Shown one piece after another: positions 1-9,804 of a DNA stretch of 64,000 nucleotides. Source of the stretch: Candidatus Latescibacterota bacterium (lineage in GTDB: Bacteria; Latescibacterota; UBA2968; UBA8231). The translations under genes and the position numbers were made by a program. Numbering within the stretch: position 1 is the stretch's first letter; each line of letters starts with the position of its first letter. The stretch is from positions 1,632,001-1,696,000 of the forward strand of contig OZ241362.1 of NCBI GenBank assembly GCA_965200315.1, in the 5' to 3' direction. The notes under the pieces were generated by a model. That model did not search any database and had not been told where the DNA came from. It saw only the letters and a list, made by a program, of their open reading frames with translations.

Positions 1-795
1 GCGCGCACCAAAAGTCGTGCTCGCCACCGCGGCTGCAAGCGCATCCTTGAGGTCGATGCCGCGCCCCTTGATGTATTGGTGATCCATGCCGATACCGACA
101 TTGGCGCGATTGCCCTCTAAAGGAAAGATCCAAAAATACCCAGGTCGCACTTCGTCTATAAAGTGCAATTCGATCTGATCGCTCAGGCCCGTCACGCCCT
201 CAAAGTACTGCCGCAGAGCCACCATCCAGTCGCGGCTCTCGTGGCGGTACAACCCGCTCTTGCGGGCGACGATCGAATTAAAACCATCGCACCCCAACAC
301 CAAAGGCGCGCGAAATTCCAAGCGCGTGCCGTCCGCGGTACGCCCCTGCACCCCACAGACCTGTTCGCCTTCTCTCAGCAGCTCGCGCACGACAAAACCC
401 TCTAAAGTGTGGGCTGCCGCGGCCCGCGCTTTACTAAAGAGAAAGTCGTCGAAAACCTCGCGGCGGATGACAAAGCCCTCCATCGGCAGCACCCGGCCGG
501 TCAGGGCGTTGTGCAGATCGTAGCGGCTCAGATCGATGGACGCGGCAGTTGTGTCCGGGCTGCCGAAGACAATGCGGGCAATGGCCGCCCCAGGCAGGTT
601 GCACACCTCCTCAAACAGCCCCAGTTCGTGGAGGATGGCCACCGTCTTGCCAGAGAGGGCGTCGCCGCAGATCTTGTCGCGGGGGAAGCACTGCTTGTCC
701 AGCAGCAGAGCCGCCAACCCGTGGCGCTGCGCATACAGCGCGGCCGTGGCACCGGCCGGACCGCCGCCGACGATGATGAGGTCGTAGGTTTGCAT
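1..795 (-). CDS. Geranylgeranyl reductase family FAD-dependent oxidoreductase (3' end runs off the window)
   Basis: Not in the ORF track; translated by hand from ATG at 795: MQTYDLIIVGGGPAGATAA...DKQCFPRDKICGDALS...GYFWIFPLEGNRANVGIG, the GGR-family motifs. Confidence 0.88.
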   Translation of the reverse strand, partial: MQTYDLIIVGGGPAGATAALYAQRHGLAALLLDKQCFPRDKICGDALSGKTVAILHELGLFEEVCNLPGAAIARIVFGSPDTTAASIDLSRYDLHNALTGRVLPMEGFVIRREVFDDFLFSKARAAAAHTLEGFVVRELLREGEQVCGVQGRTADGTRLEFRAPLVLGCDGFNSIVARKSGLYRHESRDWMVALRQYFEGVTGLSDQIELHFIDEVRPGYFWIFPLEGNRANVGIGMDHQYIKGRGIDLKDALAAAVASTTFGAR

Positions 796-915
796 GTGGC
801 CAGAAAATAGCTCGTCCGGCCTGCACTACAAGGACGCGAGCCGAATTTGCTTTGTAGGTGATCTTCCTTACATTTTTGGGTTTGTCAATGCAAACACCAA
901 AGGAGTTGCAACAAG

Positions 916-2826
916 ATGTCCGAAGACGTCCAAACCGAAGATCCACAGGTTGAAAAAAGGGCTTTCCAAACCGAGGTCCAACAGCTACTCCACCTGTTGG
1001 TTCACTCGCTGTACACCCAAAAAGAAATTTTCTTGCGCGAGCTAATTTCCAACGCCTCGGACGCCCTAGACAAAATCCACCACCGCTCGCTGACCGATCG
1101 CAACATCCGCGACCCAGACGCCGAGTTGGACATTGAGATCGAGGTGTCGGGCAGCAACAAGACCCTGACGATCCGCGACCGGGGGATCGGCATGACCCGC
1201 GAAGAGGTCGAAAGTAACATCGGCACCATCGCCCGCTCCGGCTCGGCCGAATTTGCCAAACAACTAGCCGATGCCGACGATGAGCAAGAAAAGCTCAAAC
1301 TGATCGGCCAGTTTGGGGTGGGATTCTACTCGGTCTTCATGGTCGCCGACCGAGTGGTGCTCACCACGCACTCGGCCGACCTAGATGCCGAGGCCGTGCT
1401 GTGGGAATCCACCGGCGATGGCACGTACACTTTGGCCAATGCCGACAAAGCGGACCGAGGCACGGAAATCAAAATCTACATCCGCTCGGACTGCGAGGAA
1501 TTCCTCGACGCCCACCGATTAGAAGCGATTATCCGCAAGCACTCCGACTTCGTGTCCTATCCCATCAAGGTCGCCGGCAAGCAGGTCAACGACACGGCCG
1601 CGCTGTGGACCCGACCGCGCAACGAAATTACCGCCGAGCAGTACCACGAGTTTTACACCCATCTAACCGGCGACCCGGACGAGCCGTTGGCGCACGAGCA
1701 CGTAATCGTCGATGTGCCGATTCAGTTTTACGCCGTACTCTACATTCCCAAGCACTCGCCGACGCCGTGGCTGGTCAATTCAGAGCCGAAAATCTCGCTC
1801 AATCTGCACGTCAAGCGGGTCTTTATCCAAGACGACTGCAAGGACCTGCTGCCGCTGTGGCTGCGCTTTGTGCGCGGGGTGGTTGACTGCGACGATCTGC
1901 CGCTCAATGTCTCGCGCGAGACCCTGCAACAAAACCCGATTATCGCCAAAATCCGCGCCACCTTGGTGCGGCGGATCATCGGCATGATCGAGGGCGTGGC
2001 TAAAAAAGATGAGGAACAGTACCTGACGTTCTGGCGCACTTGTGGCGCAGTGCTCAAGGAAGGGGTGGCCATGGAGGTCGAGCACAAGGGGTCGCTCGCC
2101 AAGCTCCTGCGCTTCCACTCCTCGCTAGAAGATGACCTCAACACCTACGTCTCATTGCAGACCTATATTGACCGGATGCAGAGCGAGCAAGAAAAAATTT
2201 ACTACCTAGCCGGCGAGAGCAAGGAATCCATCGCCCAGAGTCCGCTGTTAGAAACCTTCCGCAAGCGCAGCTTGGAGGTCCTCTACATGGATGAGCCGGT
2301 CGATGAGTGGGTAGTCCACGGCCTGCAAAAATTCGCCGACAAGGAATTTCAGGCTGTTGACGCGGCAGACCTCGACTTGGGTGCCGACGCGGATGAGGTC
2401 CAGCTCGCCGGCGCTGATGAGGAGCACAAAGCCGCGACCATCGAGTTGATTAGCTTCCTCAAAAAGCAACTCGAAGGCCGGGTCGCAGACGTGGTCGAGT
2501 CCAAGCGACTGACCGACAGCCCTTGCGTCTTGGTCGCTCCGCAGGGCGGCCTGAGCCAGAACATGGAGCGGCTGATGAAGCTGACCGACCGCGAGTTCAA
2601 GGGCCATCTGCGGCTTCTGGAGATCAACCCCAAACACGAAATCATCCGCAACATGGCCGCGGTGCTCAAGCGCGACCGCGACTCCGCGCAACTAGAAAAT
2701 TGGGCGCATTTTCTGGTTGATTTCGTCTTGCTGGGCGAGGGCACAGTCGCAGACCCACAGCGGCTGAGCCAAAGCTTGCAGTCCATTATGGGCGCGGCCA
2801 CCGCACACGCCGCCGAGGAGAGTTAG
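916..2826 (+). CDS. htpG: Molecular chaperone HtpG (Hsp90)
   Basis: HSLYTQKEIFLRELISNASDALDK, IGQFGVGFYS and DLPLNVSRETLQ motifs; AGGAG RBS upstream. Confidence 0.98.
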   Translation: MSEDVQTEDPQVEKRAFQTEVQQLLHLLVHSLYTQKEIFLRELISNASDALDKIHHRSLTDRNIRDPDAELDIEIEVSGSNKTLTIRDRGIGMTREEVESNIGTIARSGSAEFAKQLADADDEQEKLKLIGQFGVGFYSVFMVADRVVLTTHSADLDAEAVLWESTGDGTYTLANADKADRGTEIKIYIRSDCEEFLDAHRLEAIIRKHSDFVSYPIKVAGKQVNDTAALWTRPRNEITAEQYHEFYTHLTGDPDEPLAHEHVIVDVPIQFYAVLYIPKHSPTPWLVNSEPKISLNLHVKRVFIQDDCKDLLPLWLRFVRGVVDCDDLPLNVSRETLQQNPIIAKIRATLVRRIIGMIEGVAKKDEEQYLTFWRTCGAVLKEGVAMEVEHKGSLAKLLRFHSSLEDDLNTYVSLQTYIDRMQSEQEKIYYLAGESKESIAQSPLLETFRKRSLEVLYMDEPVDEWVVHGLQKFADKEFQAVDAADLDLGADADEVQLAGADEEHKAATIELISFLKKQLEGRVADVVESKRLTDSPCVLVAPQGGLSQNMERLMKLTDREFKGHLRLLEINPKHEIIRNMAAVLKRDRDSAQLENWAHFLVDFVLLGEGTVADPQRLSQSLQSIMGAATAHAAEES

Positions 2827-2828
2827 AC

Positions 2829-4142
2829 ATGTCCGATCAAGTGCGCGAACAAGCCCTAGCCGCCCGCGCTGCGTCGCGCGTCCTCACCGCCACCTCTGAG
2901 GAGGAGCGCAACCAAGCCCTCGAAGCCATTGCTGCGGCCCTCGAAACCAATCGCGAACGCATCTTGGCAGCCAACGCCGAAGACCTAAAAGCCGGCGAGC
3001 AAGATGGGCTGGCCTCGCCCTTGCTCAAGCGGCTCGACCTGAGCGGGCGCAAATTCGCCAACACTGTCGCCATGGTGCGCGACGTATGCACTCAGCCCGA
3101 TCCCCTCGGCCAGACCCAGAGCGCGACCGAGCTCGACGACCAGCTCCATCTCTACCGCGTGACCGTGCCCATCGGCGTGATTGGCGTGATCTTTGAATCC
3201 CGGCCCGACGCCTTGGTACAAATAGCCTCCCTATGCCTCAAGTCTGGCAATGCCGCCCTGCTCAAGGGAGGGCGCGAGGCCACCGCAACCAATCAGACGC
3301 TCGCTGCGGTGATGTGCCAAGCCACGCATGGCATCCTGCCAGAGGGGTGGATGGCCCTCTTGCCCGGCCGCGAAGAAGTTCGCGCCCTCCTCGGCGAGGA
3401 GGACCTAATTGACCTAATCATCCCGCGCGGCAGCAACGAGTTTGTGCAATACATCATGCACAACACCAAAATTCCGGTCATGGGCCACGCCGACGGGATC
3501 TGCCACGTGTACGTCGATGCCAGCGCAGACCTCGACAAGGCCGTGCAGATCGCCGTCGATGCCAAGACTCAGTACGTGGCCGTGTGCAACGCAGCCGAGA
3601 CCCTGCTCGTCCACAGTAGCATTGCCGCGGCCTTCTTGCAGCGGGCGGTGCCAGCACTGCTCGCAAGGAACGTGGAGCTGCGCGGCGACGAGCGCACCCG
3701 CGCCCTTGCCAACGCCAACGGGCAAGTCAAACCGGCCACCGAGTCCGACTGGTCCACCGAATACTTGGACTTGATGCTAGCGGTAAAAGTCGTCGATAGC
3801 ATGGCCGAGGCCATCAAGCACATCAACGCGTACGGCAGCCACCACACCGACGCGATCGCAACCGAGGACCCAGAGGCGGCGCACACCTTTTTGCGCGAGG
3901 TGGATTCGGCCTCGGTGATTCACAATGCTTCGACGCGCTTTGCCGATGGCTTCAAATACGGGCTAGGGGCCGAGGTCGGCATCAGCACCAACCGCCTGCA
4001 CAGCCGCGGCCCGGTGGGGTTGGAGGGCCTCGTCATCTACAAGTACATTCTCCAAGGGGACGGCCACATCGTCGATACGTACGACGGCCAACAGCAGCGC
4101 CCCTTCACCCATCGCCCCCTCGACCAACACTGGCATGCCTAA
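2829..4142 (+). CDS. proA: Glutamate-5-semialdehyde dehydrogenase
   Basis: [34 protein letters not shown] and [17 protein letters not shown] motifs. Confidence 0.97.
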   Translation: MSDQVREQALAARAASRVLTATSEEERNQALEAIAAALETNRERILAANAEDLKAGEQDGLASPLLKRLDLSGRKFANTVAMVRDVCTQPDPLGQTQSATELDDQLHLYRVTVPIGVIGVIFESRPDALVQIASLCLKSGNAALLKGGREATATNQTLAAVMCQATHGILPEGWMALLPGREEVRALLGEEDLIDLIIPRGSNEFVQYIMHNTKIPVMGHADGICHVYVDASADLDKAVQIAVDAKTQYVAVCNAAETLLVHSSIAAAFLQRAVPALLARNVELRGDERTRALANANGQVKPATESDWSTEYLDLMLAVKVVDSMAEAIKHINAYGSHHTDAIATEDPEAAHTFLREVDSASVIHNASTRFADGFKYGLGAEVGISTNRLHSRGPVGLEGLVIYKYILQGDGHIVDTYDGQQQRPFTHRPLDQHWHA

Positions 4143-4143
4143 C

Positions 4144-4500
4144 ATGAGCGAGCACACCACGGATTCGACCTACACTCCGGTAGAGCACCACATCTTTCTC
4201 TGCGCCACCCCCACCAAGCCCAAGTGCCACAACGACGGCCGCGGAGCCGAGTGCTGGGAATACCTCAAGAAGCGATTGTCCGAATTGGGCTATGGCCATC
4301 CGGGCAAGGGCGGCATCCACCGCACCAAGGCCGACTGCCTGCGAGTCTGCGAGTCCGGGCCAACGGTCGTGGTGTATCCCGAGGGCGTCTGGTACCACTC
4401 CATGACCGTTGAAAAGCTGGAGCGCATCATCCAAGAGCACTTGCTCGGCGGGCAGGTCGTAGAAGAGTTGGTCAATAAGGAACCGTTCCGCAGCCTGTAG
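4144..4500 (+). CDS. Thioredoxin-like [2Fe-2S] ferredoxin
   Basis: HIFLC...KC...[20 protein letters not shown]...ERIIQEHL; alternative start at 4135. Confidence 0.88.
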   Translation: MSEHTTDSTYTPVEHHIFLCATPTKPKCHNDGRGAECWEYLKKRLSELGYGHPGKGGIHRTKADCLRVCESGPTVVVYPEGVWYHSMTVEKLERIIQEHLLGGQVVEELVNKEPFRSL

Positions 4501-4519
4501 CAGCCGGCCGCAAAAGCGC

Positions 4520-5701
4520 ATGGCAAAATCCAAATCCAGACACATCGATCTCGAGATCAAGGACGCCAGCCTGATCTTCAACCGCGTCTGGAGCGACCTA
4601 GAGCAAGAGTTTGGTCGCGCCAAGCTCTGCTTCCCCGGAGAAATCATCTGGCTCGGCGGCGCCCCCGGCGCTGGCAAGGGCACCAATACCCCCTTCATCC
4701 TCAAAGCGCGGGGCATTACGGCCGCAGCCGTAGTGATCAGTGACTTGCTCGACAGCCCCCGAGCCCAACAGATCAAAACCGCCGGCGGCTTAGTCGGCGA
4801 CGAGGAAGTCACCTACCTGCTCTTGCACAAGCTGCTCGACTCGATATACGAGCGCGGCGTAATCGTCGATGGCTTCCCGCGCACTCAAGTGCAGGTCGAG
4901 TGCCTCAAGCTGTTTTACGATAAGATGACCGAACTGCGCGAGGAATTCCGCGACCACAACTTCCCGCGCCCCCTCTTCCGCACCGTGTTGCTCTTCGTCG
5001 ATGAAGAAGTCAGCGTCGAGCGTCAGCTCCACCGCGGGCGGGAGGCTCAAGAGCACAACCGCAAGGTCGCGGAGTCGGAGGTCGGCCAACTCGCCGAGAT
5101 CCGCGCCACCGATCTCGACCCGGCGGCGGCGCGCAAGCGCTATCAAGTTTTTAAGGAGACGACCTTTGAGGCGCTGCGCTCGCTGCGCGCCATTTTCCAC
5201 TTTCGCTTCATCGACGCTGGCCAGCCGCTCTCCAAGGTGCAACAGGAGATCGAGGAGGAGTTTTCCTATCAGAGTTCGCTGGAGCTTCAGCACAACACCT
5301 TCGACCTCATCCGCACCATTACGCCGGCCAGCCGCCTCGTGCTCTACGCCCGCCAAGAGCTGGTCAAGCGGCTGGAGATCTACAATGAGGATCATCCCGC
5401 GCTCTTCCAGCGGGTCATCGACAAAATCAACTCCAAGTTCATACCCATTGTCACGCGCTATGCCATTACCGGCATGACGCTCGTCAATTCCGAGGACGCG
5501 CTCTTTGACGATCCTTTGGCCTTGGCCATGCTGATCGACATCTTTTCCGAGCGCGGCTACCAAGCCCTCGTCGACGTCAACCGCATCGAGGTCCCCCACC
5601 GCATCGACCCCCACACGCACGAAATCACCTGCCAGCAAAAGCGCGTCTATCGCTTTCAGATTCGCTTTGCGGCCTCGGCCATCCGGCGTGGGAACGACTA
5701 G
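4520..5701 (+). CDS. Adenylate/nucleoside-monophosphate kinase family protein with long C-terminal extension
   Basis: P-loop GGAPGAGKGT, GGLVGD and IVDGFPRT motifs; 393 aa. Confidence 0.8.
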   Translation: MAKSKSRHIDLEIKDASLIFNRVWSDLEQEFGRAKLCFPGEIIWLGGAPGAGKGTNTPFILKARGITAAAVVISDLLDSPRAQQIKTAGGLVGDEEVTYLLLHKLLDSIYERGVIVDGFPRTQVQVECLKLFYDKMTELREEFRDHNFPRPLFRTVLLFVDEEVSVERQLHRGREAQEHNRKVAESEVGQLAEIRATDLDPAAARKRYQVFKETTFEALRSLRAIFHFRFIDAGQPLSKVQQEIEEEFSYQSSLELQHNTFDLIRTITPASRLVLYARQELVKRLEIYNEDHPALFQRVIDKINSKFIPIVTRYAITGMTLVNSEDALFDDPLALAMLIDIFSERGYQALVDVNRIEVPHRIDPHTHEITCQQKRVYRFQIRFAASAIRRGND

Positions 5702-5923
5702 GTCTCCCATAGCCGTCCTACATCATTCCCACGATAGGGCGGCCTAAGCGTCCAGCGTTTTTCGAGGGCATCCTGCCCTCAACCCCAGCCGTGTTGCGCC
5801 GCGTCAGAGACCTCCTTCACGCCCCGCAACTCAGGTAGGATGGCTATAAGACCCTCCATCGCCGGAAATGCAGCGGACCGAGCGGCCGGAGCCGACGGGA
5901 CGCGGTATCTGCTGAGATACTAA

Positions 5924-6015
5924 GAGACTCTAACAAAACCTGCTGGGCGATCCTCGGAACGCGGGAGCCCCCACACCACGCCTTCAGGCGGGACATCCGG
6001 TTTTGTTAGGGCCTC
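5924..6015. mobile_element. MITE-like element, 92 bp, IS5-family-like ends
   Basis: Left end GAGACTCTAACAAAACC; right end reverse-complements to GAGGCCCTAACAAAACC (15/17 match); TAA direct repeat at 5921-5923 and 6016-6018. Confidence 0.75.
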
Positions 6016-6208
6016 TAAATCGCTGGGGCGGCCCGTACATAGAGCAAGGCCCCTATCAGCACATAGCGCGGACAAAGACCTTGTAATTGCAGGGCACTCA
6101 GACCTTACAATGGCGTCTCAAGGGTCAATCTGCTTGTAGAACTCCTTCCTGCCGTTTCTAATGGTTAAGAATAACTCGTATAAAACACCGCAGCCCTTTG
6201 CTCTTGCT

Positions 6209-7231
6209 TCAGCCCGGCCCGACCTGCCCTTGTTCGAGCATGGCGATTAAAGCCGAATCATCGACATCGAGCGGCAGCCATACCCGGCCGCGGCGGCGGC
6301 TCGACTCATAGGTGGCAAAAATCAGCTCGGTCGCTTGCAGAGCCTTGCGAGCCGACAGGCGCGGCTCCGCGCCGCTTGTGAGACAGTCAATGAGGTCGAG
6401 CACCGAAAGCACGGTGTCGCCGCCCGGCCCGACGACGTCGGCGATCTCTTTATCCGCAAAGTCCTCCCACGCCGCACCCGAGCGCAACAGCCGCAGGGGG
6501 GCGCGGCCGGCCCCGCCGATTTCGATGATACCCTCGCTGCCGACGAGGCGGTTGCGCGGCCCTTGCAGGCCAGCACCCCCAGTGGCAAGCAGCCCCTCAA
6601 CGCCATTTTGCCAGCGGATCCACGACAGGCCGCTGGTATCTAGGGGTACGCCAAACACCGCGCTCTCGGATTCGACGGCAATCTGGCCCATGACCCATTC
6701 GGCGGGCACTTCGTCGTTGTAATAGAAGAACATGTCAAACCAGTGAGTACCCCAATCAAACAAATTGGAACACGCCCCTTCTACGCGCTGCAACGCGCCG
6801 ATGGCGCCTTCGTCGAACAATTGTTTGGCCTTGACAAACGGAGCACCAAAGCGGCGTTGGTGGCAGAAGGTGAGGAGCACGTCGCGGTCGGCGCAGGCCT
6901 GGTACAGGGCCTTGGCGTCGCCCCACGTTGGGGCCATGGGCTTTTCGCAGTGGATGGCTTTGACGCCGGCCGCGGCCGCCGCCGTGACCATTTCGCGGTG
7001 CAGGCCGGTCCACGTGCAGACGCTCACCACATCGAGGGATTCGCTCTCTAGCATGGCGCGGTAATCTGCGTACGCGGTCGCCACGGCAAAGTCCTCGGCA
7101 AAGGACGTGCGGGCCGCTTCCACCGGGTCGGCACAGGCCGCGATTGCGACTTGGGTGGTGGCTTGGTAGCCCTCGGCGTGGGCACGGCCGCGAAGGCCGC
7201 AGCCGATCACACCGGCTTTGTACTGAGTCAT
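6209..7231 (-). CDS. Gfo/Idh/MocA family oxidoreductase
   Basis: MTQYKAGVIGCG, HCEKPMA, HQRRF and DWGTHWFD motifs; start moved to ATG 7231, which follows GGAG. Confidence 0.92.
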   Translation of the reverse strand: MTQYKAGVIGCGLRGRAHAEGYQATTQVAIAACADPVEAARTSFAEDFAVATAYADYRAMLESESLDVVSVCTWTGLHREMVTAAAAAGVKAIHCEKPMAPTWGDAKALYQACADRDVLLTFCHQRRFGAPFVKAKQLFDEGAIGALQRVEGACSNLFDWGTHWFDMFFYYNDEVPAEWVMGQIAVESESAVFGVPLDTSGLSWIRWQNGVEGLLATGGAGLQGPRNRLVGSEGIIEIGGAGRAPLRLLRSGAAWEDFADKEIADVVGPGGDTVLSVLDLIDCLTSGAEPRLSARKALQATELIFATYESSRRRGRVWLPLDVDDSALIAMLEQGQVGPG

Positions 7232-7272
7232 CTTGTGCTCCCTGCGTTTTTGCGTAAAATTGCGCTTTGTAA

Positions 7273-7405
7273 CTGACGTTACGCATCGTCTCTGTGCGCT
7301 AGACACTAGCAGCCGTAGCGATGCTTTGCTTCACCGCGCCTGTCTTGGTGAAGCTGACGCAACCTCCGCTGCGCTTCGCATACCCAAGGGCCTGTGAAAC
7401 ATCAG
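7273..7405. mobile_element. Degenerate MITE-like element with CTGACGTTACGC-type ends
   Basis: Left CTGACGTTACGCA; right reverse-complements to CTGATGTTTCACA (10/13); flanks TTTGTAA and TTCGTAA; same end family as the elements at 43160-43548. Confidence 0.5.
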
Positions 7406-7458
7406 TTCGTAAAATAGAGCTTCCATTGCCTCGTCATCAAACCCAACAGGAAAACGCC

Positions 7459-8286
7459 ATGCCCATCGCCGACGCCCTCCCCGACATGAAGCGCACGCTC
7501 AAATTTTTCAGCGCGACCAACGACAACCCCCAAAAGCTCACCCGCGCCCAGATCCGCCAGTTCAACGAACAGGGCTACATCTGCCCCTTAGACGTGTTCA
7601 CGCCCGAGGAAGCCGCGGCCAATCGCCGCTATTTCGACGAGCTCATGGCCGAGGCCAAGGCCAACGGGCACAACAGCTATTCGATCAACGGCTGGCATCG
7701 CCACTGCCGGGGCATCTACGATCTGCTGCACGAGCCGCGCATTCTCGCTTACGTCGAAGACCTCCTCGGCCCCAATCTCGTCAGCGTTATGACCCACTAC
7801 TTTTGCAAGGAGCCGGGCGACCAAAAACAGGTCAGTTGGCACCAAGACGCCTCGTACTGGCCACTGACCCCGAGTAAGGTGGTGACCGCTTGGCTGGCTA
7901 TCGACGATGTAGACGAGGAAAACGGGCCGATGACCGTCGTCCCCGGCTCGCATTTGCACGGGCAGATTCCCTTTGAGCACAGCACGGCCGCCGAGCAAAA
8001 CGTCTTGGGGCAAAGCGTGCGCGATCCACTCCGGTGGGGCGGCGAGCCGGTGTCCTTTACCATGCGCGCCGGCCAAATGTCCCTGCACACCGACCTGCTC
8101 TTGCACGGCTCGGCCCCCAACCGCTCCACGCGCCGCCGCTGCGGCCTGACGCTGCGCTACATGCCGCCTGAGGTGCGCACCCGCGAAGAAAAGCGCGCCC
8201 ACGGCTACATCTGCCGCGGCACCGACCCGAGCGGCTACTGGCTCGAGCCCCCCGCGCCGACCAGCGACGCAGTGCCGCCGCGATAG
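7459..8286 (+). CDS. Phytanoyl-CoA dioxygenase (PhyH) family Fe(II)/2-oxoglutarate dioxygenase
   Basis: FNEQGY, WHQD (HxD), WLAIDD, PGSH and distal LLHGS..NRS..RR motifs. Confidence 0.92.
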   Translation: MPIADALPDMKRTLKFFSATNDNPQKLTRAQIRQFNEQGYICPLDVFTPEEAAANRRYFDELMAEAKANGHNSYSINGWHRHCRGIYDLLHEPRILAYVEDLLGPNLVSVMTHYFCKEPGDQKQVSWHQDASYWPLTPSKVVTAWLAIDDVDEENGPMTVVPGSHLHGQIPFEHSTAAEQNVLGQSVRDPLRWGGEPVSFTMRAGQMSLHTDLLLHGSAPNRSTRRRCGLTLRYMPPEVRTREEKRAHGYICRGTDPSGYWLEPPAPTSDAVPPR

Positions 8287-8411
8287 GAGCGGGAGAGGCG
8301 ACCCATCCTACCTTATTCGTGCGATGCGGCGCATCGCTGGGTGCGCGGGCGTCTCGCCCGCTGGCCTACGGCCGGGAACCAGCGAAGACGATATCGATGA
8401 ACGTTCCATGC

Positions 8412-8440
8412 TTGCAAGTCATGTAGGATTGCTATATAAA
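8412..8440 (+). promoter_or_regulatory. Putative sigma70 promoter
   Basis: TTGCAA-N17-TATAAA, upstream of a hairpin-rich leader and the rpn gene. Confidence 0.45.
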
Positions 8441-8715
8441 TGGCCGGAGCGGGTTCGTTTTGCCGCAGCCGGTTCGCAAGGAGGGCGACGAAGCCAAACG
8501 AGGCCCGGATTATCTCGCCTGCGGTGGGGCGGCCCGGCCCCTAAAGGGATCATCAATGGGGTGTGCCGGATACAGTCTAGCCCCGCCCGCCCCGTCCCCT
8601 CCTCTGCTTTTCAGCCTTGGCATGGATCTTGCATATAGAAATTGCACGATCCAACCGTTCTCCTTCAGCTCGGACGGTTGGGCAAGCTCTACTTCCTGAT
8701 TCCCCATCGAGCACC

Positions 8716-9621
8716 ATGGCCGATTTGGATACCCTTACCAAACTCCTGATTCAAACCTATCCCGCCGACTTCGTCCACTTCGCCTTCCAGCGCAACGACA
8801 TCGAAGTGCTCGACGTTATTGACACCGAGCAAACCCGCCGCACCGACAGCCTCATCCGCGTACGCATCGACAGCGAGGACGCTTTAGTCCACCACGAATT
8901 TCAAACCACCGATAGCATCCATCCACCGATGCCGCTTCGCATGGCCGGCTATATCGGCCGCAGCATTGAGCAGCACGGGCTGCCGGTCTATGCCCACGTC
9001 TTCTACCTGCACCCCGATGCCGGACGACGCGATCCGGGGGGGTACATACAATCGCATCCCGGCTATTCGGTCGCGATTCACTACAGAGTGATTCGCCTGA
9101 GCCAACTCAACGGCCTTTCCGTGCTCAATCGGGGATATGTGGGCTTGCTACCGTTTGCGCCGTTGATGCAGCCGCCGGCCGGACAGGGCCGGGCTGCGTG
9201 GTTGGGCGACTGTGTGGCCACGGCGGCGGGGCTGCCGCTGGATCGGTCGGTCAGGGCCGATTTTATCACGGGGTTGGCCCTCTTGAGCGGGTTGGCGTAT
9301 AATCCGCAGACGATCTTAGCTACTATTTCCAAGGAGAATCTCATGGCTCTCGTCGGCGAATCCTCCTTTGCTCAATACCTGACCCAAAGTGCCCTTGAGG
9401 AGGGTCTTGAGCGTGGGATCGAGCAAGGCCTTGAACAAGGTATTGAGCCGGGGGGCCGAGAATTTCTCCTCGACTTATTGGCCCTGCGCTTTCCGGCCGA
9501 CCAAGTGCGCCCGTTGGCCGACCGCATTGGGGCCATTGACGATGTGCAACGCCTCAAGCAGTTGCATCGCGCCGCCATACAGGTGCCCAGCCTCAAAGCC
9601 TTTAGCAACCTGTTAGAGTAG
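8716..9621 (+). CDS. Rpn/YhgA-like recombination-promoting nuclease (PD-(D/E)XK family)
   Basis: RRTDSL...VHHEFQT catalytic-type motif, MPLRMAGY, and EEGLERGIEQGLEQG repeats before the C-terminal helical domain. Confidence 0.85.
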   Translation: MADLDTLTKLLIQTYPADFVHFAFQRNDIEVLDVIDTEQTRRTDSLIRVRIDSEDALVHHEFQTTDSIHPPMPLRMAGYIGRSIEQHGLPVYAHVFYLHPDAGRRDPGGYIQSHPGYSVAIHYRVIRLSQLNGLSVLNRGYVGLLPFAPLMQPPAGQGRAAWLGDCVATAAGLPLDRSVRADFITGLALLSGLAYNPQTILATISKENLMALVGESSFAQYLTQSALEEGLERGIEQGLEQGIEPGGREFLLDLLALRFPADQVRPLADRIGAIDDVQRLKQLHRAAIQVPSLKAFSNLLE

Positions 9622-9804
9622 GAAAGTGGATAAGGTCGAGCTAAGAAGCGTTGTTGCAACTCGCGCCGGGTGGTTAGTAGCCGCACTGCGCCCCGCTGGG
9701 CCGACCAAGCACCACGCTCTCATAAGGCATGTTAAGAACGCTGCTTATATCGCTAGCCTAAATCCTCTTTGCGCCTTGGCGTTCCTATCTTCATCCGCTG
9801 CACC

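Noticed and set aside
163-810. Short + strand ORFs at the window start
   Set aside because: They are shadows of the minus-strand geranylgeranyl reductase gene, which the ORF track missed because its stop lies outside the window.
5821-5920. GCCCCGCAACT resembling part of a cobalamin riboswitch
   Set aside because: The other conserved elements were not found, and the site lies between convergent gene ends.
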